A stretch of 64,000 nt of DNA from Candidatus Kryptoniota bacterium (lineage in GTDB: Bacteria > Bacteroidota > Ignavibacteria > Kryptoniales > Kryptoniaceae). The DNA is taken from contig CALJEK010000022.1 in NCBI GenBank assembly GCA_938074445.1, positions 33,444 to 97,443 on the forward strand, given 5' to 3'. The first letter of the stretch is position 1. Each line of letters starts with the position of its first letter. This document shows, one piece after another, positions 27,656 to 37,144 of this stretch. Below the pieces are notes generated by a model. It searched no databases, was not told the DNA's origin, and saw only the letters and a program-made list of their open reading frames with translations. A program made the translations under genes and the position numbers.

Positions 27656-29002
27656 ATGAAGCACTTGCTCGAAAAAATATTTCAACTTGGTCAAAGGGGT
27701 ACAAGCATTAAAATTGAGTTTATTGCGGGAGTTACAACATTTATGACGATGTCTTATATTATCTTCGTTCAGCCTGTCGTTTTATCGCATGCTGGGATTG
27801 ATTTTGGGGCGGGACTTATTGCAACTTGTGTGGGTTCAGCTATTGGTTCAATTATAATGGCTTTGCTTGCAAATTATCCGATTGCTCTTGCTCCGGGGAT
27901 GGGTGAAAATTTTTTCTTTGCTTATACAGTTGTGGGAAGTATGGGGCTTTCGTGGCAATCAGCGTTGGCGATAGTTTTTCTCTCTGGGGTTTTATTCAGT
28001 ATTCTTTCGCTTGTAAAGTTAAGGGAGGCGGTTATTGACGCAATGCCCGGATGTTTGAAAAATTCGATAGCAACTGGGATTGGGCTTTTTATTACATTAA
28101 TTGGTTTTATTCAAGCGGGAATTATAAAAATTAATTCTGGGACGCATCTACCGCAATTAGGGGAGATACACAGGGTGGAGGTTTTAATTTCAATTATTGG
28201 CTTAATTTTTACATCTGTCCTTCTGGGGCGCGGTGTGAAAGGTTCAATTTTGATTGGCATAGTTTTTTCAACAATTCTTTCCATTATTCTTGGTGTAGTT
28301 AAATTTGAAGGCAAGGTGATCTCATTTCCAGAGGTTAAGGAATCAGCGATTTTCAGGCTTGATTTTTCAAACTTTTTTGATATCACATTTCTTGTTGCTG
28401 TTTTGGTTTTCCTTTATATGGTTTTGTTCGATACAGTTGGGACATTGATAGGAGTTGGGCAGGCAGCTGGACTTGTCGGGAAAGATGGGAGGCTTCCGCG
28501 GGCGGAAAGAGCACTTTTATCTGATGCGCTTGGGACAACTTTTGGAGCTTTGTTGGGTACGTCAACTGTTACAGCTTACATAGAAAGTGCTTCGGGAGTT
28601 GCCGTTGGTGGGAGAACTGGTTTAACATCGATTTTTGTTGCTTTCTTCTTTTTGATCTCACTTTTCTTTTATCCGATTGTCAAGTTGATTGGTGGCGGTG
28701 TTGAAATCACCCCAGGTTATATCCTTTATCCAATCACTGCGCCCGCTCTTATAATTGTTGGAAGCATGATGGTAAAACCTGTGGTTAACATAAGTTGGGA
28801 CGATATCACCGACGCAATTCCAGCATTTATAACCATGCTTGGAATACCTTTAACATTTAGCATTGCAGATGGTATCGCGCTTGGTTTTACGTCGTATACT
28901 GTTGTGAAATTATTTAGTGGAAGATTGAAGGAGATAAACTTGATGATCATCGTGTTAACTTTGGTTTTTCTCGCCAGATATATTTTCCTTGCTTTAAAAT
29001 AA
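27656..29002 (+). CDS. NCS2/AzgA-family purine (adenine/guanine/hypoxanthine) permease
   Basis: 448 aa with about 13 TM helices. GTSIKIEFIAGVTTFMTMSYIIFVQP, DTVGTLIGV, AYIESASGV are typical of AzgA/PbuG-like transporters. Confidence 0.85.
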   Translation: MKHLLEKIFQLGQRGTSIKIEFIAGVTTFMTMSYIIFVQPVVLSHAGIDFGAGLIATCVGSAIGSIIMALLANYPIALAPGMGENFFFAYTVVGSMGLSWQSALAIVFLSGVLFSILSLVKLREAVIDAMPGCLKNSIATGIGLFITLIGFIQAGIIKINSGTHLPQLGEIHRVEVLISIIGLIFTSVLLGRGVKGSILIGIVFSTILSIILGVVKFEGKVISFPEVKESAIFRLDFSNFFDITFLVAVLVFLYMVLFDTVGTLIGVGQAAGLVGKDGRLPRAERALLSDALGTTFGALLGTSTVTAYIESASGVAVGGRTGLTSIFVAFFFLISLFFYPIVKLIGGGVEITPGYILYPITAPALIIVGSMMVKPVVNISWDDITDAIPAFITMLGIPLTFSIADGIALGFTSYTVVKLFSGRLKEINLMIIVLTLVFLARYIFLALK

Positions 29003-29017
29003 AAATCAAGTGTGGCC

Positions 29018-29299
29018 ATGGCTTATCAAATTGAAGTAAAACAGGTTAAGCCATTCCCCGTTGCGGAATTTGAGGTTAGAGTTTCCGGGAAATCTCAAAC
29101 TACTCATATCGTTTCGCTTGAGGAGAATTACTTTAAAAAGTTAACGGAAGGGAAGATAACAGCGGAGAAGCTTGTTTACCTTTCTTTTGAGTTTTTGCTC
29201 GATCGTGAGCCGAACACATCAATTTTGCGACGTTTTAACTTGCGCGAGATAAATCATTACTTCCCCGAGTATGAAAGTGAGATAGTGACGATGTTCTGA
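29018..29299 (+). CDS. Hypothetical protein (93 aa)
   Basis: ORF with coding-like composition, 15 nt after the permease stop. The ATG at 29018 is preferred over the GTG at 29012. No family recognised. Confidence 0.5.
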   Translation: MAYQIEVKQVKPFPVAEFEVRVSGKSQTTHIVSLEENYFKKLTEGKITAEKLVYLSFEFLLDREPNTSILRRFNLREINHYFPEYESEIVTMF

Positions 29300-29378
29300 T
29301 GTAAATTTTGAATTGTGGTTTTATTTTTTTATCTTCAAATAACCAATTTGAAGCAAAGTTATTTTGGAGGTAAAAAGT

Positions 29379-29684
29379 ATGATTCTTTTATTTCAAACTC
29401 AGCCAGATGCGACCAGTAGTTTGATCAGCACAGTCATAATGTTTGTTGCGATATTTTTGATTTTTTATTTCTTGATAATAAGACCTCAGCAAAAGAGGGC
29501 AAAGGAACACCAGAAGTTGATTGAATCTTTGAAGAAAGGTGATAAAGTCATAACTTCAAGTGGCATTCATGGTAAGGTTGTTGGACTTGATGATAAAACT
29601 GTTTTGATCGAAGTTGATGATGGCGTCAAAATAAAATTTGAGAAGGCTGCGATAGCAGCTGTCACGCGCGAAGGGCAAGGTTAA
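29379..29684 (+). CDS. yajC: Preprotein translocase subunit YajC
   Basis: 101 aa. One TM, then IRPQQKRAKEHQKLIESLKKGDKVITSSGIHGKV. A GGAGG Shine-Dalgarno lies 8 nt before the ATG at 29379. The ORF-track TTG at 29364 is rejected. Confidence 0.85.
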   Translation: MILLFQTQPDATSSLISTVIMFVAIFLIFYFLIIRPQQKRAKEHQKLIESLKKGDKVITSSGIHGKVVGLDDKTVLIEVDDGVKIKFEKAAIAAVTREGQG

Positions 29685-29717
29685 TTCTTAAAGTAAATTT
29701 TGCGTCTTTAATTTAAT

Positions 29718-29749
29718 TGGGACAGAGTTAATCTGTCCCAAATTTTTTT
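29718..29749 (+). terminator. Rho-independent terminator after yajC
   Basis: TGGGACAGA-gttaa-TCTGTCCCA hairpin followed by AATTTTTTT. Confidence 0.8.
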
Positions 29750-29775
29750 AATAAAGATAAGTTTGGAGGTGAAGC

Positions 29776-31014
29776 ATGATGCCAGTTGAGCGGTTTAACA
29801 CGATAGAAGAGGCGATTGAGGATATTAAAAATGGTAAGATTGTAATAGTTGTCGATGATGAGGACAGGGAAAATGAAGGTGATTTTATAGTTGCGGCTGA
29901 GAAGGTCACGCCTGAAGCTGTTAATTTTATGGCGAAGTATGGGCGCGGTTTAATCTGCGTTGCTATAACTGAGCAGAGAGCTCGCGAGCTCGAGTTTGAA
30001 CCAATGGTTGAGTTTAATACATCAAGACATGGAACGGCATTTCTTGTAAGTGTAGATTATGCCAAAGGGACAACGACCGGAATCTCTGCGTTTGATAGGG
30101 CAAGGACAATTCAGGCAATCGTCGATCCGAACTCAAAGCCTGGGGATTTCGCAAAGCCTGGGCATATCTTTCCTCTTCAAGCTGTTGAGGGTGGGGTTTT
30201 GAGAAGAGCAGGGCATACGGAGGCAGCTGTTGATTTAGCGCGACTTGCGGGGCTTTATCCAGCGGGTGTGTTGTGCGAAATTATGAGTGATGACGGCACA
30301 ATGGCTCGAGTTCCCGAACTTTTTAAAATCGCGAAAAAATTTGGGCTTAAAATTATAACCATAAAAGACCTGATAAGTTATCGTCTCAAAAGAGAAAAAC
30401 TTGTCAGAAAGATTACAAGCACCAAGCTTCCAACAAAATATGGTTTCTTTGAACTTCACCTTTATGAAAGTTTAACCGATGGAAAAGTGCATGTGGCTCT
30501 TGTAAAAGGCAAAGTTGATGATGGTGAGCCAGTTCTCGTTCGTGTTCATTCTGAGTGTTTGACAGGGGATGTTTTTGGCTCGTTCAGATGTGATTGCGGG
30601 GATCAACTTCATTCGGCTATGAAAATGATCGAGCGGGAAAATAGGGGAGTTTTGCTTTATATGAGACAAGAAGGCAGAGGGATTGGACTTGTGAATAAAA
30701 TTAAAGCATACAGATTACAAGATGAGGGGAAAGATACTGTTGAAGCAAATGAAATGCTTGGCTTTAAACCTGATCTAAGGGACTATGGAATTGGTGCTCA
30801 AATACTCGTTGACCTTGGGGTGAGAAAAATGAGGCTTTTAACGAACAATCCTAAAAAAATCGTAGGTCTTGCTGGGTATGGACTTGAAGTTGTTGAAAGG
30901 GTACCGATTGAAATTCAACCGAATGAGGTAAATATTCATTACCTCAGAACGAAAAGAGATAAGCTTGGTCATTTGATTTTGATGGATGATAAAAATAAAA
31001 GTGAAAACAAATGA
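29776..31014 (+). CDS. ribBA: Bifunctional 3,4-dihydroxy-2-butanone-4-phosphate synthase / GTP cyclohydrolase II
   Basis: 412 aa. DHBPS motifs ([21 protein letters not shown]), then GCH-II ([29 protein letters not shown]). Confidence 0.95.
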   Translation: MMPVERFNTIEEAIEDIKNGKIVIVVDDEDRENEGDFIVAAEKVTPEAVNFMAKYGRGLICVAITEQRARELEFEPMVEFNTSRHGTAFLVSVDYAKGTTTGISAFDRARTIQAIVDPNSKPGDFAKPGHIFPLQAVEGGVLRRAGHTEAAVDLARLAGLYPAGVLCEIMSDDGTMARVPELFKIAKKFGLKIITIKDLISYRLKREKLVRKITSTKLPTKYGFFELHLYESLTDGKVHVALVKGKVDDGEPVLVRVHSECLTGDVFGSFRCDCGDQLHSAMKMIERENRGVLLYMRQEGRGIGLVNKIKAYRLQDEGKDTVEANEMLGFKPDLRDYGIGAQILVDLGVRKMRLLTNNPKKIVGLAGYGLEVVERVPIEIQPNEVNIHYLRTKRDKLGHLILMDDKNKSENK

Positions 31015-32426
31015 GTTTTAAGTATCCTGAAACGCTTGAGCATTGGCAGATAAAAAAGGTTCTTGAGAAAGCTCTTGCGAGAGGTGGGGAATTTGCGGAA
31101 ATTTATTTCGAATATAGGACGGAGATGATGATAAATCTTTCTGAAAATAAAATTAAAAATTTAAGTTATGGAATTTCCTCGGGGTTGGGAGTACGGGTTA
31201 TTTTCGGGGCGAGAACTGGATATGCTTATACGGATGATTTCAGTTTTGAGAAAATTTTAGGTGTTGCTGAAGTTGCTTCATATGTTGTTGATAGCGGTTT
31301 GAGGGTTGGGGGTATTAACCTTGAGGAGAAAAGGAAAGTTAAACAAAACTTTTCAATTGATAAGCCGATTTATCTTCTTGATACCGATAAAAAAATTGAA
31401 TGGATTAGGCGCGCAAATGATTCAGCAAGGAGCTATGACGGTCGGATAAAGCAAGTTGATATAAATTATCATGAAAGCGTAAGATATTTTTGGGTTGCGA
31501 ACTCCGAAGGGGTTTTCGTCGAAAGCGATGATTCTTTATTTAGGATTTTTATAACTTCAATCGCAATTGATGATGGACTTCGTGAGATGGGGGTAAGCTA
31601 TTTGGGCGGGAGATATGGATATGATTATCTAATTGAGCATTCGCCTGAAAAGGCAGGTATAGAGTCCGCGAGTCAGGCAGTTTCAAAGTTAAGTGCTAAA
31701 CCTGCGCCCGCTGGAAATTTCCCTGTTGTGATTAAATCTGGCTGGGGTGGCGTCCTTGTTCATGAGGCGGTCGGGCATGGGCTTGAAGGTGATTTTAATA
31801 GAAAAGGAATTTCTATCTATTCGGGAAAGATCGGGCAAAAGGTTTGTTCTGAACTTATCACAATTGTTGATGATGGCACGATTCCAAATTCAAGAGGCTC
31901 TCTACCGATCGATGATGAAGGAACACCGATGCAAAGAACGGTTTTAATTGAAAATGGGATTTTAAAAGGTTATATGCTTGATAAGTTGAACGCTAAACTT
32001 ATGAACATGGAATCAACCGGGAATGGTCGGAGGGAGTCTTACAGACATTATCCATTGCCACGGATGAGAAATACTTACATTGATGCAGGAAAAGATGATC
32101 CGAACGATTTGATAAAGAGTGTTAAGTATGGGATATATGCGAAGTCATTGGGCGGAGGGCAGGTTGATATTGTCAGCGGAAATTTTGTTTTTGAGATAAA
32201 TGAAGGTTACTTGATCGAAAATGGAGAGGTAACTTATCAAATTCGTGGTGCAAATTTAATTGGAAATGGTCCGGAGGTGATGAAAAAAGTCATTGGCGTT
32301 GGCAATGACCTTGAGATTGAGAAACGAACCGGAAGTTGTGGGAAAGATGGGCAATATGTTCCAGTTGGGGTTGGACAGCCGACAATTCTTATAAGTGAAA
32401 TTACAGTTGGTGGGACGCAAGTTTGA
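31011..32426 (+). CDS. tldD: TldD-family metalloprotease
   Basis: 471 aa with the HEAVGHGLE metal motif and a GxC...G C-terminal pattern. 4-nt overlap with ribBA. Confidence 0.9.
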   Translation: MSFKYPETLEHWQIKKVLEKALARGGEFAEIYFEYRTEMMINLSENKIKNLSYGISSGLGVRVIFGARTGYAYTDDFSFEKILGVAEVASYVVDSGLRVGGINLEEKRKVKQNFSIDKPIYLLDTDKKIEWIRRANDSARSYDGRIKQVDINYHESVRYFWVANSEGVFVESDDSLFRIFITSIAIDDGLREMGVSYLGGRYGYDYLIEHSPEKAGIESASQAVSKLSAKPAPAGNFPVVIKSGWGGVLVHEAVGHGLEGDFNRKGISIYSGKIGQKVCSELITIVDDGTIPNSRGSLPIDDEGTPMQRTVLIENGILKGYMLDKLNAKLMNMESTGNGRRESYRHYPLPRMRNTYIDAGKDDPNDLIKSVKYGIYAKSLGGGQVDIVSGNFVFEINEGYLIENGEVTYQIRGANLIGNGPEVMKKVIGVGNDLEIEKRTGSCGKDGQYVPVGVGQPTILISEITVGGTQV

Positions 32427-33481
32427 TGAAAGTGATGGGTAAAAAGGCTTGTTTTCTGATTTTGTTCTTTTTTATTTACAGTTGTAATTTTGTTGTCAAT
32501 ATCAAAGACGAAGCGGTAGAGGGAAGGGTTGGAGTTTACAAAAAAGGTTTCAACTTCGTCTCGTGGAAAAGGACGGAGTACGCAACTGATCGAGCGAAGG
32601 CTTCGTTTGATACGATGATGGGCTCAGGTGCAAATTGGGTTTCAATTGTTACAACGCTTTATCAGAGAAGCCCGGAAGATACACTTATTGTTGATGATCC
32701 GAACAAAACCCCAAGCGTATATTCAATTGTGCAGATTGTTCAGTATGCTCATTCAAAAAATTTTGGCGTCATGCTGAAAATTCATATTGACACATACGAT
32801 GGCATATCAAGGACGATGATAAAACCTTTTAATGTTTTTAGTTGGTTCAGAAATTATTCGGAATATGTTTTAAATTACGCAAGGATATGTGAGATGTTGG
32901 GAGTTGAAATGTTTTGCATTGGGACGGAACTTTCGTCTTTAAGTGGTGAGAGAAATTTGTGGTCAGACTTAATCGATAGCGTGAGGAAAATTTACAGCGG
33001 GAAGATTATCTATGCTTCAAATTTTGATGATTATAGGTATGTTTCTTTTTGGGATAAGGTCGATTACATTGGTATAGATTTTTTCGCTCCAGTGTCCAAC
33101 AAACCTGATCCAACTTATGATGAGCTCGTTCTTGGTTGGCAACCTTATTTGAACGATATGAAGAGCTGGTTTAACGAAAATCATTCAGGTAAAAAATTGA
33201 TTTTTACCGAGATAGGTTATCCATCTACCGATGGTGCTGGAATGAGACCATGGGAGATTGGGGCGGTGGTGGACCTTGAAGAGCAAAGTTTGTGTTATGA
33301 GGTTGCACTGGATATAATTTCAAATATTGATTTCGTCGATGGTGTATTTATCTGGAATTGGGATGCTAACTTGATGGCTGATTCGCTGAGGAAAGGTTTT
33401 TCTCCTTATGGGAAACCAGCTTTTGAGGTTTTGAAAAAACATTGGTCAAAACAATTGGTTATAAGTAAAAACAAAATTTGA
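32423..33481 (+). CDS. Lipoprotein, clan GH-A-like (beta/alpha)8 glycoside hydrolase-like protein
   Basis: 352 aa with a lipobox (FFFIYSC). Candidate acid/base (CIGTELSS) and nucleophile (IFTEIGYPS) strands as in GH5/GH113-type enzymes. Family assignment is tentative. Confidence 0.5.
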   Translation: MMKVMGKKACFLILFFFIYSCNFVVNIKDEAVEGRVGVYKKGFNFVSWKRTEYATDRAKASFDTMMGSGANWVSIVTTLYQRSPEDTLIVDDPNKTPSVYSIVQIVQYAHSKNFGVMLKIHIDTYDGISRTMIKPFNVFSWFRNYSEYVLNYARICEMLGVEMFCIGTELSSLSGERNLWSDLIDSVRKIYSGKIIYASNFDDYRYVSFWDKVDYIGIDFFAPVSNKPDPTYDELVLGWQPYLNDMKSWFNENHSGKKLIFTEIGYPSTDGAGMRPWEIGAVVDLEEQSLCYEVALDIISNIDFVDGVFIWNWDANLMADSLRKGFSPYGKPAFEVLKKHWSKQLVISKNKI

Positions 33482-33490
33482 GCTTTACAA

Positions 33491-33976
33491 ATGGCGGAAA
33501 ATAGGGATGAGATAGTTCACTTGTCCAGAGAAAAATATGAAGAGCTTTTAAAAGAGTTAAATGAACTAAAGACGAAGGGAAGGGCAGAGGTTGCAAGGAA
33601 GATAGCTGAGGCAAGGGCTCATGGTGATATCTCCGAAAATTCCGAGTATGAGACCGCAAAGCAGGAACAGGAAATCCTTGAGCTGAAAATTAAAAAACTT
33701 GAGGAAACTATCGCCAAGGCAAAAGTTATAGATACAAAAAATTTGCCAACTGATAAAGTCTATTTGTATTCGCGAGTTAAGGTTTTGAATCTCGATACGA
33801 ACCAAGAGATTGAGTATACGATTGTTTCAACCCATGAGGCAAATTCAGCTGAGAAAAAGGTCTCTGTTAAATCACCAATTGGTAGTGGATTGTTGGGGAA
33901 ACAAGTTGGAGATGTTGTTGAGATCAAGATTCCAATTGGGATTGTCAGATATAAGATACTTGAAATAAAGAGGTAG
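33491..33976 (+). CDS. greA: Transcription elongation factor GreA
   Basis: 161 aa. Coiled-coil N-domain with AREHGDISENSEYETAK-like motif (ARAHGDISENSEYETAK) and a C-terminal SPIGSGLLGKQVGD. Confidence 0.93.
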   Translation: MAENRDEIVHLSREKYEELLKELNELKTKGRAEVARKIAEARAHGDISENSEYETAKQEQEILELKIKKLEETIAKAKVIDTKNLPTDKVYLYSRVKVLNLDTNQEIEYTIVSTHEANSAEKKVSVKSPIGSGLLGKQVGDVVEIKIPIGIVRYKILEIKR

Positions 33977-33984
33977 GGATGTTT

Positions 33985-34959
33985 TTAATTGATATCTTCG
34001 TGGGCTGATGCTTTTTTTAATCTGTCCATAATTGCAAGCCCAAGTCCCTTTTCTGGGACTGCTTGTGCATAGATTACGCTTACACCTGAATCATCAAGAC
34101 GATGCAACGCTGAAAATAGATTTGCAGCTGCTTCTATTAAATCCCCGTTTTCTGATAGGACTTCGATATGTTTTGCTTTTATTTTTGCGTCGGATTTTTT
34201 AAACAGGAGGACACCTATGTTTTCTGATTCACTTGCTTCGTTTATCTCGTCCAAGGTTTTGAAAATTTTAACAGGTGTTTTGGGTGAGTAATGCTTCTTT
34301 AATTGTCCAGGGGAAAGAATTTTTTCAGAGCTTGATTGAATTTTTACCTTGCCTATAACTTTTTCAATTTCTTCAATGGGTAAACCGCCCGGTCTGAGGA
34401 TTTTTGGTTCTTCATCGATTAGAGATAAAACTGTTGATTCGATGCCAATTGGACATTTTCCACCGTCAAGAATTAGGTCAATTTTATCGCCAAGCATTCT
34501 TTCAACATGGTCAGCAGTCGTTGGACTGATATATCCGAATGGGTTTGCACTTGGTGCGGAGATTGGAGTTTCAGCGCTTTCAATCAATGCAAGTGCGACA
34601 GCATGGGATGGCATTCTTACAGCAACTGTTGGGAGACCAGCGGTGACAATATCTGGGACGAGATTTGATTTTGGCAAAACAATCGTCAAAGGTCCAGGCC
34701 AGAATTTTTCTATCAATTTAAATGCTCTTTCATCAACTTTAGTTGCAAGTTTCTCAAGCCATTCAATTTTTGATATGTGAACTATAAGGGGGTCGAAAGT
34801 AGGGCGTTTTTTTACTTCGAAAATTTTAGCGACAGCGTACGGGTTTAATGCATTTGCTCCAAGTCCATAAACTGTTTCTGTTGGGAATGCTACAAGTCCA
34901 CCTTCTTTGATTATTTTTCCTGCGAGTTTTATGTTTTCTTCTGTCGCTTTAACTCGCAT
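33985..34959 (-). CDS. tsaC: L-threonylcarbamoyladenylate synthase (Sua5/YwlC/TsaC, long form)
   Basis: 324 aa. FPTETVYGLGANA, KRPTFDPLIVH, WPGPLT, SAPSANPFG plus a Sua5 C-terminal domain. Confidence 0.9.
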   Translation of the reverse strand: MRVKATEENIKLAGKIIKEGGLVAFPTETVYGLGANALNPYAVAKIFEVKKRPTFDPLIVHISKIEWLEKLATKVDERAFKLIEKFWPGPLTIVLPKSNLVPDIVTAGLPTVAVRMPSHAVALALIESAETPISAPSANPFGYISPTTADHVERMLGDKIDLILDGGKCPIGIESTVLSLIDEEPKILRPGGLPIEEIEKVIGKVKIQSSSEKILSPGQLKKHYSPKTPVKIFKTLDEINEASESENIGVLLFKKSDAKIKAKHIEVLSENGDLIEAAANLFSALHRLDDSGVSVIYAQAVPEKGLGLAIMDRLKKASAHEDIN

Positions 34960-35067
34960 CAGTCAAAAATGCTTAAATTTCTGAAATCTTTTCAAGTTTA
35001 TGCCAAAATTTAATAAGCAAAGTCAGGGATGTAAATTCAGGGGAAATTAATTTTCAATCATTTTTGC

Positions 35068-35083
35068 TGGCATAGACTTTGCA
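35068..35083 (+). promoter_or_regulatory. Sigma-54-type -24/-12 promoter candidate upstream of dnaK
   Basis: TGGCAT-agact-TTGCA versus the consensus TGGCAC-N5-TTGCW. Intergenic, with the -12 element 58 nt upstream of the dnaK ATG. An overlapping weak sigma-70 reading (TTGCTG-15-TATAAA) is also possible. Confidence 0.4.
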
Positions 35084-35140
35084 CTATAAATTTACAGAAA
35101 TTTTTGGGTTTTATAAAAAACAAAATACAAGGTAGAAGTT

Positions 35141-37057
35141 ATGGGAAAAATTGTTGGAATTGATCTTGGAACAACGAACTCTGTTGTTGCAGTGAAAATG
35201 GGAAACGATGTTGTCGTTATCCCAACATCTGAAGGTCCGAAGACACTTCCTTCTGTTGTTGCATTTACTAAGACTGGTGAACGCCTTGTGGGGCATCCAG
35301 CGAAGAGACAAGCAATTACAAATCCTGAGAACACAGTTTATTCGATAAAGAGATTTATGGGTAGATTTTATGATGAGGTGATTGAAGAGGCAAGGAGAGT
35401 GCCATATAAAGTTGTGCGTGGACCAAATAATACTGCAAGAGTTCAAATTGGAGATAGGGTTTATTCACCGCCAGAAATTTCTGCGATGATTCTTCAAAAG
35501 TTGAAACAAGATGCGGAGGCATATTTAGGTGAGAAGATAACGGATGCGGTTATAACGGTTCCGGCTTATTTTAACGATGCTCAGCGTCAGGCAACTAAGG
35601 AAGCTGGGGAGATAGCTGGTTTAAATGTTAGAAGGATCATTAATGAGCCTACGGCTGCATCTCTTGCGTTTGGGCTTGATAAAAAAGGTAAACAGATGAA
35701 AATTGCAGTGTTTGACCTTGGTGGTGGGACGTTTGATATTTCAATTCTTGAAATTGGTGAGGGTGTTTTTGAAGTTAAGGGAACAAGTGGAGATACTCAT
35801 CTTGGTGGTGATGATTTTGATCAAAGGATAATTGATTGGATTGCGGAGGAATTCTTAAAGCAGGAAGGTGTGGATTTGCGAAAGGATCCAATTGCTTTGC
35901 AAAGATTGAAAGAAGCAGCAGAGAGAGCAAAGATTGAACTTTCAAGCAGACTTGAAACCGAAATTAATCTCCCATTTATTACCGCGACGCATACAGGACC
36001 AAAGCATCTCCAAATGACATTGACAAGAGCAAAGTTTGAGGCATTGATTGATGATTTATTGCAGAGGCTTATTCCACCTTGTGAGGAGGCATTGAGAAGA
36101 GCTAAGTTGACGGTTAATGATATTGACGAAGTAATTCTCGTTGGTGGTTCAACGAGGGTTCCGAAGGTTCAAGAAATTGTTCGTGATTTCTTTAAGAAAG
36201 AGCCGAACAGAAGTGTTAATCCGGATGAAGCAGTTGCTATAGGTGCTGCAATCCAAGCAGCGGTTCTTGCTGGTGAGGAAAAAGATATTCTCTTGCTTGA
36301 TGTAACTCCGCTTTCGCTTGGAGTTGAAACGCTCGGCGGTGTTATGACAGTTTTAATCCCAGCAAATACTACAATTCCGACGAGAAAAACTGAAATATTC
36401 ACAACAGCTGCGGATAATCAAACATCTGTTGAGATACACGTATTGCAAGGAGAAAGACCTATGGCTAAGGATAACAGAACTCTTGGAAGGTTTATATTGG
36501 ATGGCATACCGCCAGCGCCAAGAGGTGTTCCGCAGATTGAGGTCACTTTCGATATTGATGCTAATGGGATTTTGCATGTCACGGCGAGGGATAAGGCAAC
36601 AGGTAGAGAGCAAAGTATAAGAATAACTGCTTCAAGCGGGTTGACCAAAGAAGAAATAGAAAGGATGAAGCGTGAGGCTCAAGAGCACGCTGAGGAAGAT
36701 AGAAGAAAACGTGAGGAAGCTGAACTTAGAAATCAAGCTGATAATCTCGTTTACACAACTCGTAAGCAACTTAGAGAAATCGGCGATAAACTGCCGTCCG
36801 ATTTGAGAAGCAAAGTTGAGATGAAAGCCAACAAACTTGAAGACATGATTAAAACCGGTGCGCCAATTGCTGATATAAGAGCTGGTATGGATGAGTTAAC
36901 ACATGCTTGGAATGAGGCTTCAAATTATCTATATCAGCATGCTTCCGCTGGAACTACATATACAGGTGGTGCTTCACAAGAATCGGAGACGAAGAAAGAT
37001 GTTAAAGACACTGATTATGAAGTGATTGACGACAGGGATAAAAAGGAGAAAAATTAA
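35141..37057 (+). CDS. dnaK: Molecular chaperone DnaK (Hsp70)
   Basis: 638 aa. [32 protein letters not shown]. Confidence 0.98.
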   Translation: MGKIVGIDLGTTNSVVAVKMGNDVVVIPTSEGPKTLPSVVAFTKTGERLVGHPAKRQAITNPENTVYSIKRFMGRFYDEVIEEARRVPYKVVRGPNNTARVQIGDRVYSPPEISAMILQKLKQDAEAYLGEKITDAVITVPAYFNDAQRQATKEAGEIAGLNVRRIINEPTAASLAFGLDKKGKQMKIAVFDLGGGTFDISILEIGEGVFEVKGTSGDTHLGGDDFDQRIIDWIAEEFLKQEGVDLRKDPIALQRLKEAAERAKIELSSRLETEINLPFITATHTGPKHLQMTLTRAKFEALIDDLLQRLIPPCEEALRRAKLTVNDIDEVILVGGSTRVPKVQEIVRDFFKKEPNRSVNPDEAVAIGAAIQAAVLAGEEKDILLLDVTPLSLGVETLGGVMTVLIPANTTIPTRKTEIFTTAADNQTSVEIHVLQGERPMAKDNRTLGRFILDGIPPAPRGVPQIEVTFDIDANGILHVTARDKATGREQSIRITASSGLTKEEIERMKREAQEHAEEDRRKREEAELRNQADNLVYTTRKQLREIGDKLPSDLRSKVEMKANKLEDMIKTGAPIADIRAGMDELTHAWNEASNYLYQHASAGTTYTGGASQESETKKDVKDTDYEVIDDRDKKEKN

Positions 37058-37078
37058 GTCTCAAGAATTAAAAAGCAC

Positions 37079-37104
37079 CTTTTTAATCGGCGAGGTTTCA
37101 ACCT
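37079..37104 (+). terminator. Rho-independent terminator after dnaK
   Basis: GGCGAGGTT-tca-AACCTCGCC hairpin followed by T6. Confidence 0.85.
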
Positions 37105-37144
37105 CGCCTTTTTTGTAAAAAATATAATAGGGAGGTGGTAGAAG

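Noticed and set aside
29685-29775. Looked for an FMN riboswitch upstream of ribBA.
   Set aside because: Only ~90 nt are available, and most of that is the yajC terminator hairpin. No FMN-element conserved core is visible.
34960-35140. Looked for a CIRCE/HrcA operator (TTAGCACTC-N9-GAGTGCTAA) or a sigma-32-type promoter upstream of dnaK. Also noticed a 14-codon micro-ORF starting at 34969.
   Set aside because: No inverted repeat resembles CIRCE. The CTTGAAA found is on the opposite strand and lacks a CCCCAT -10 partner. The micro-ORF has no ribosome-binding site and no support.
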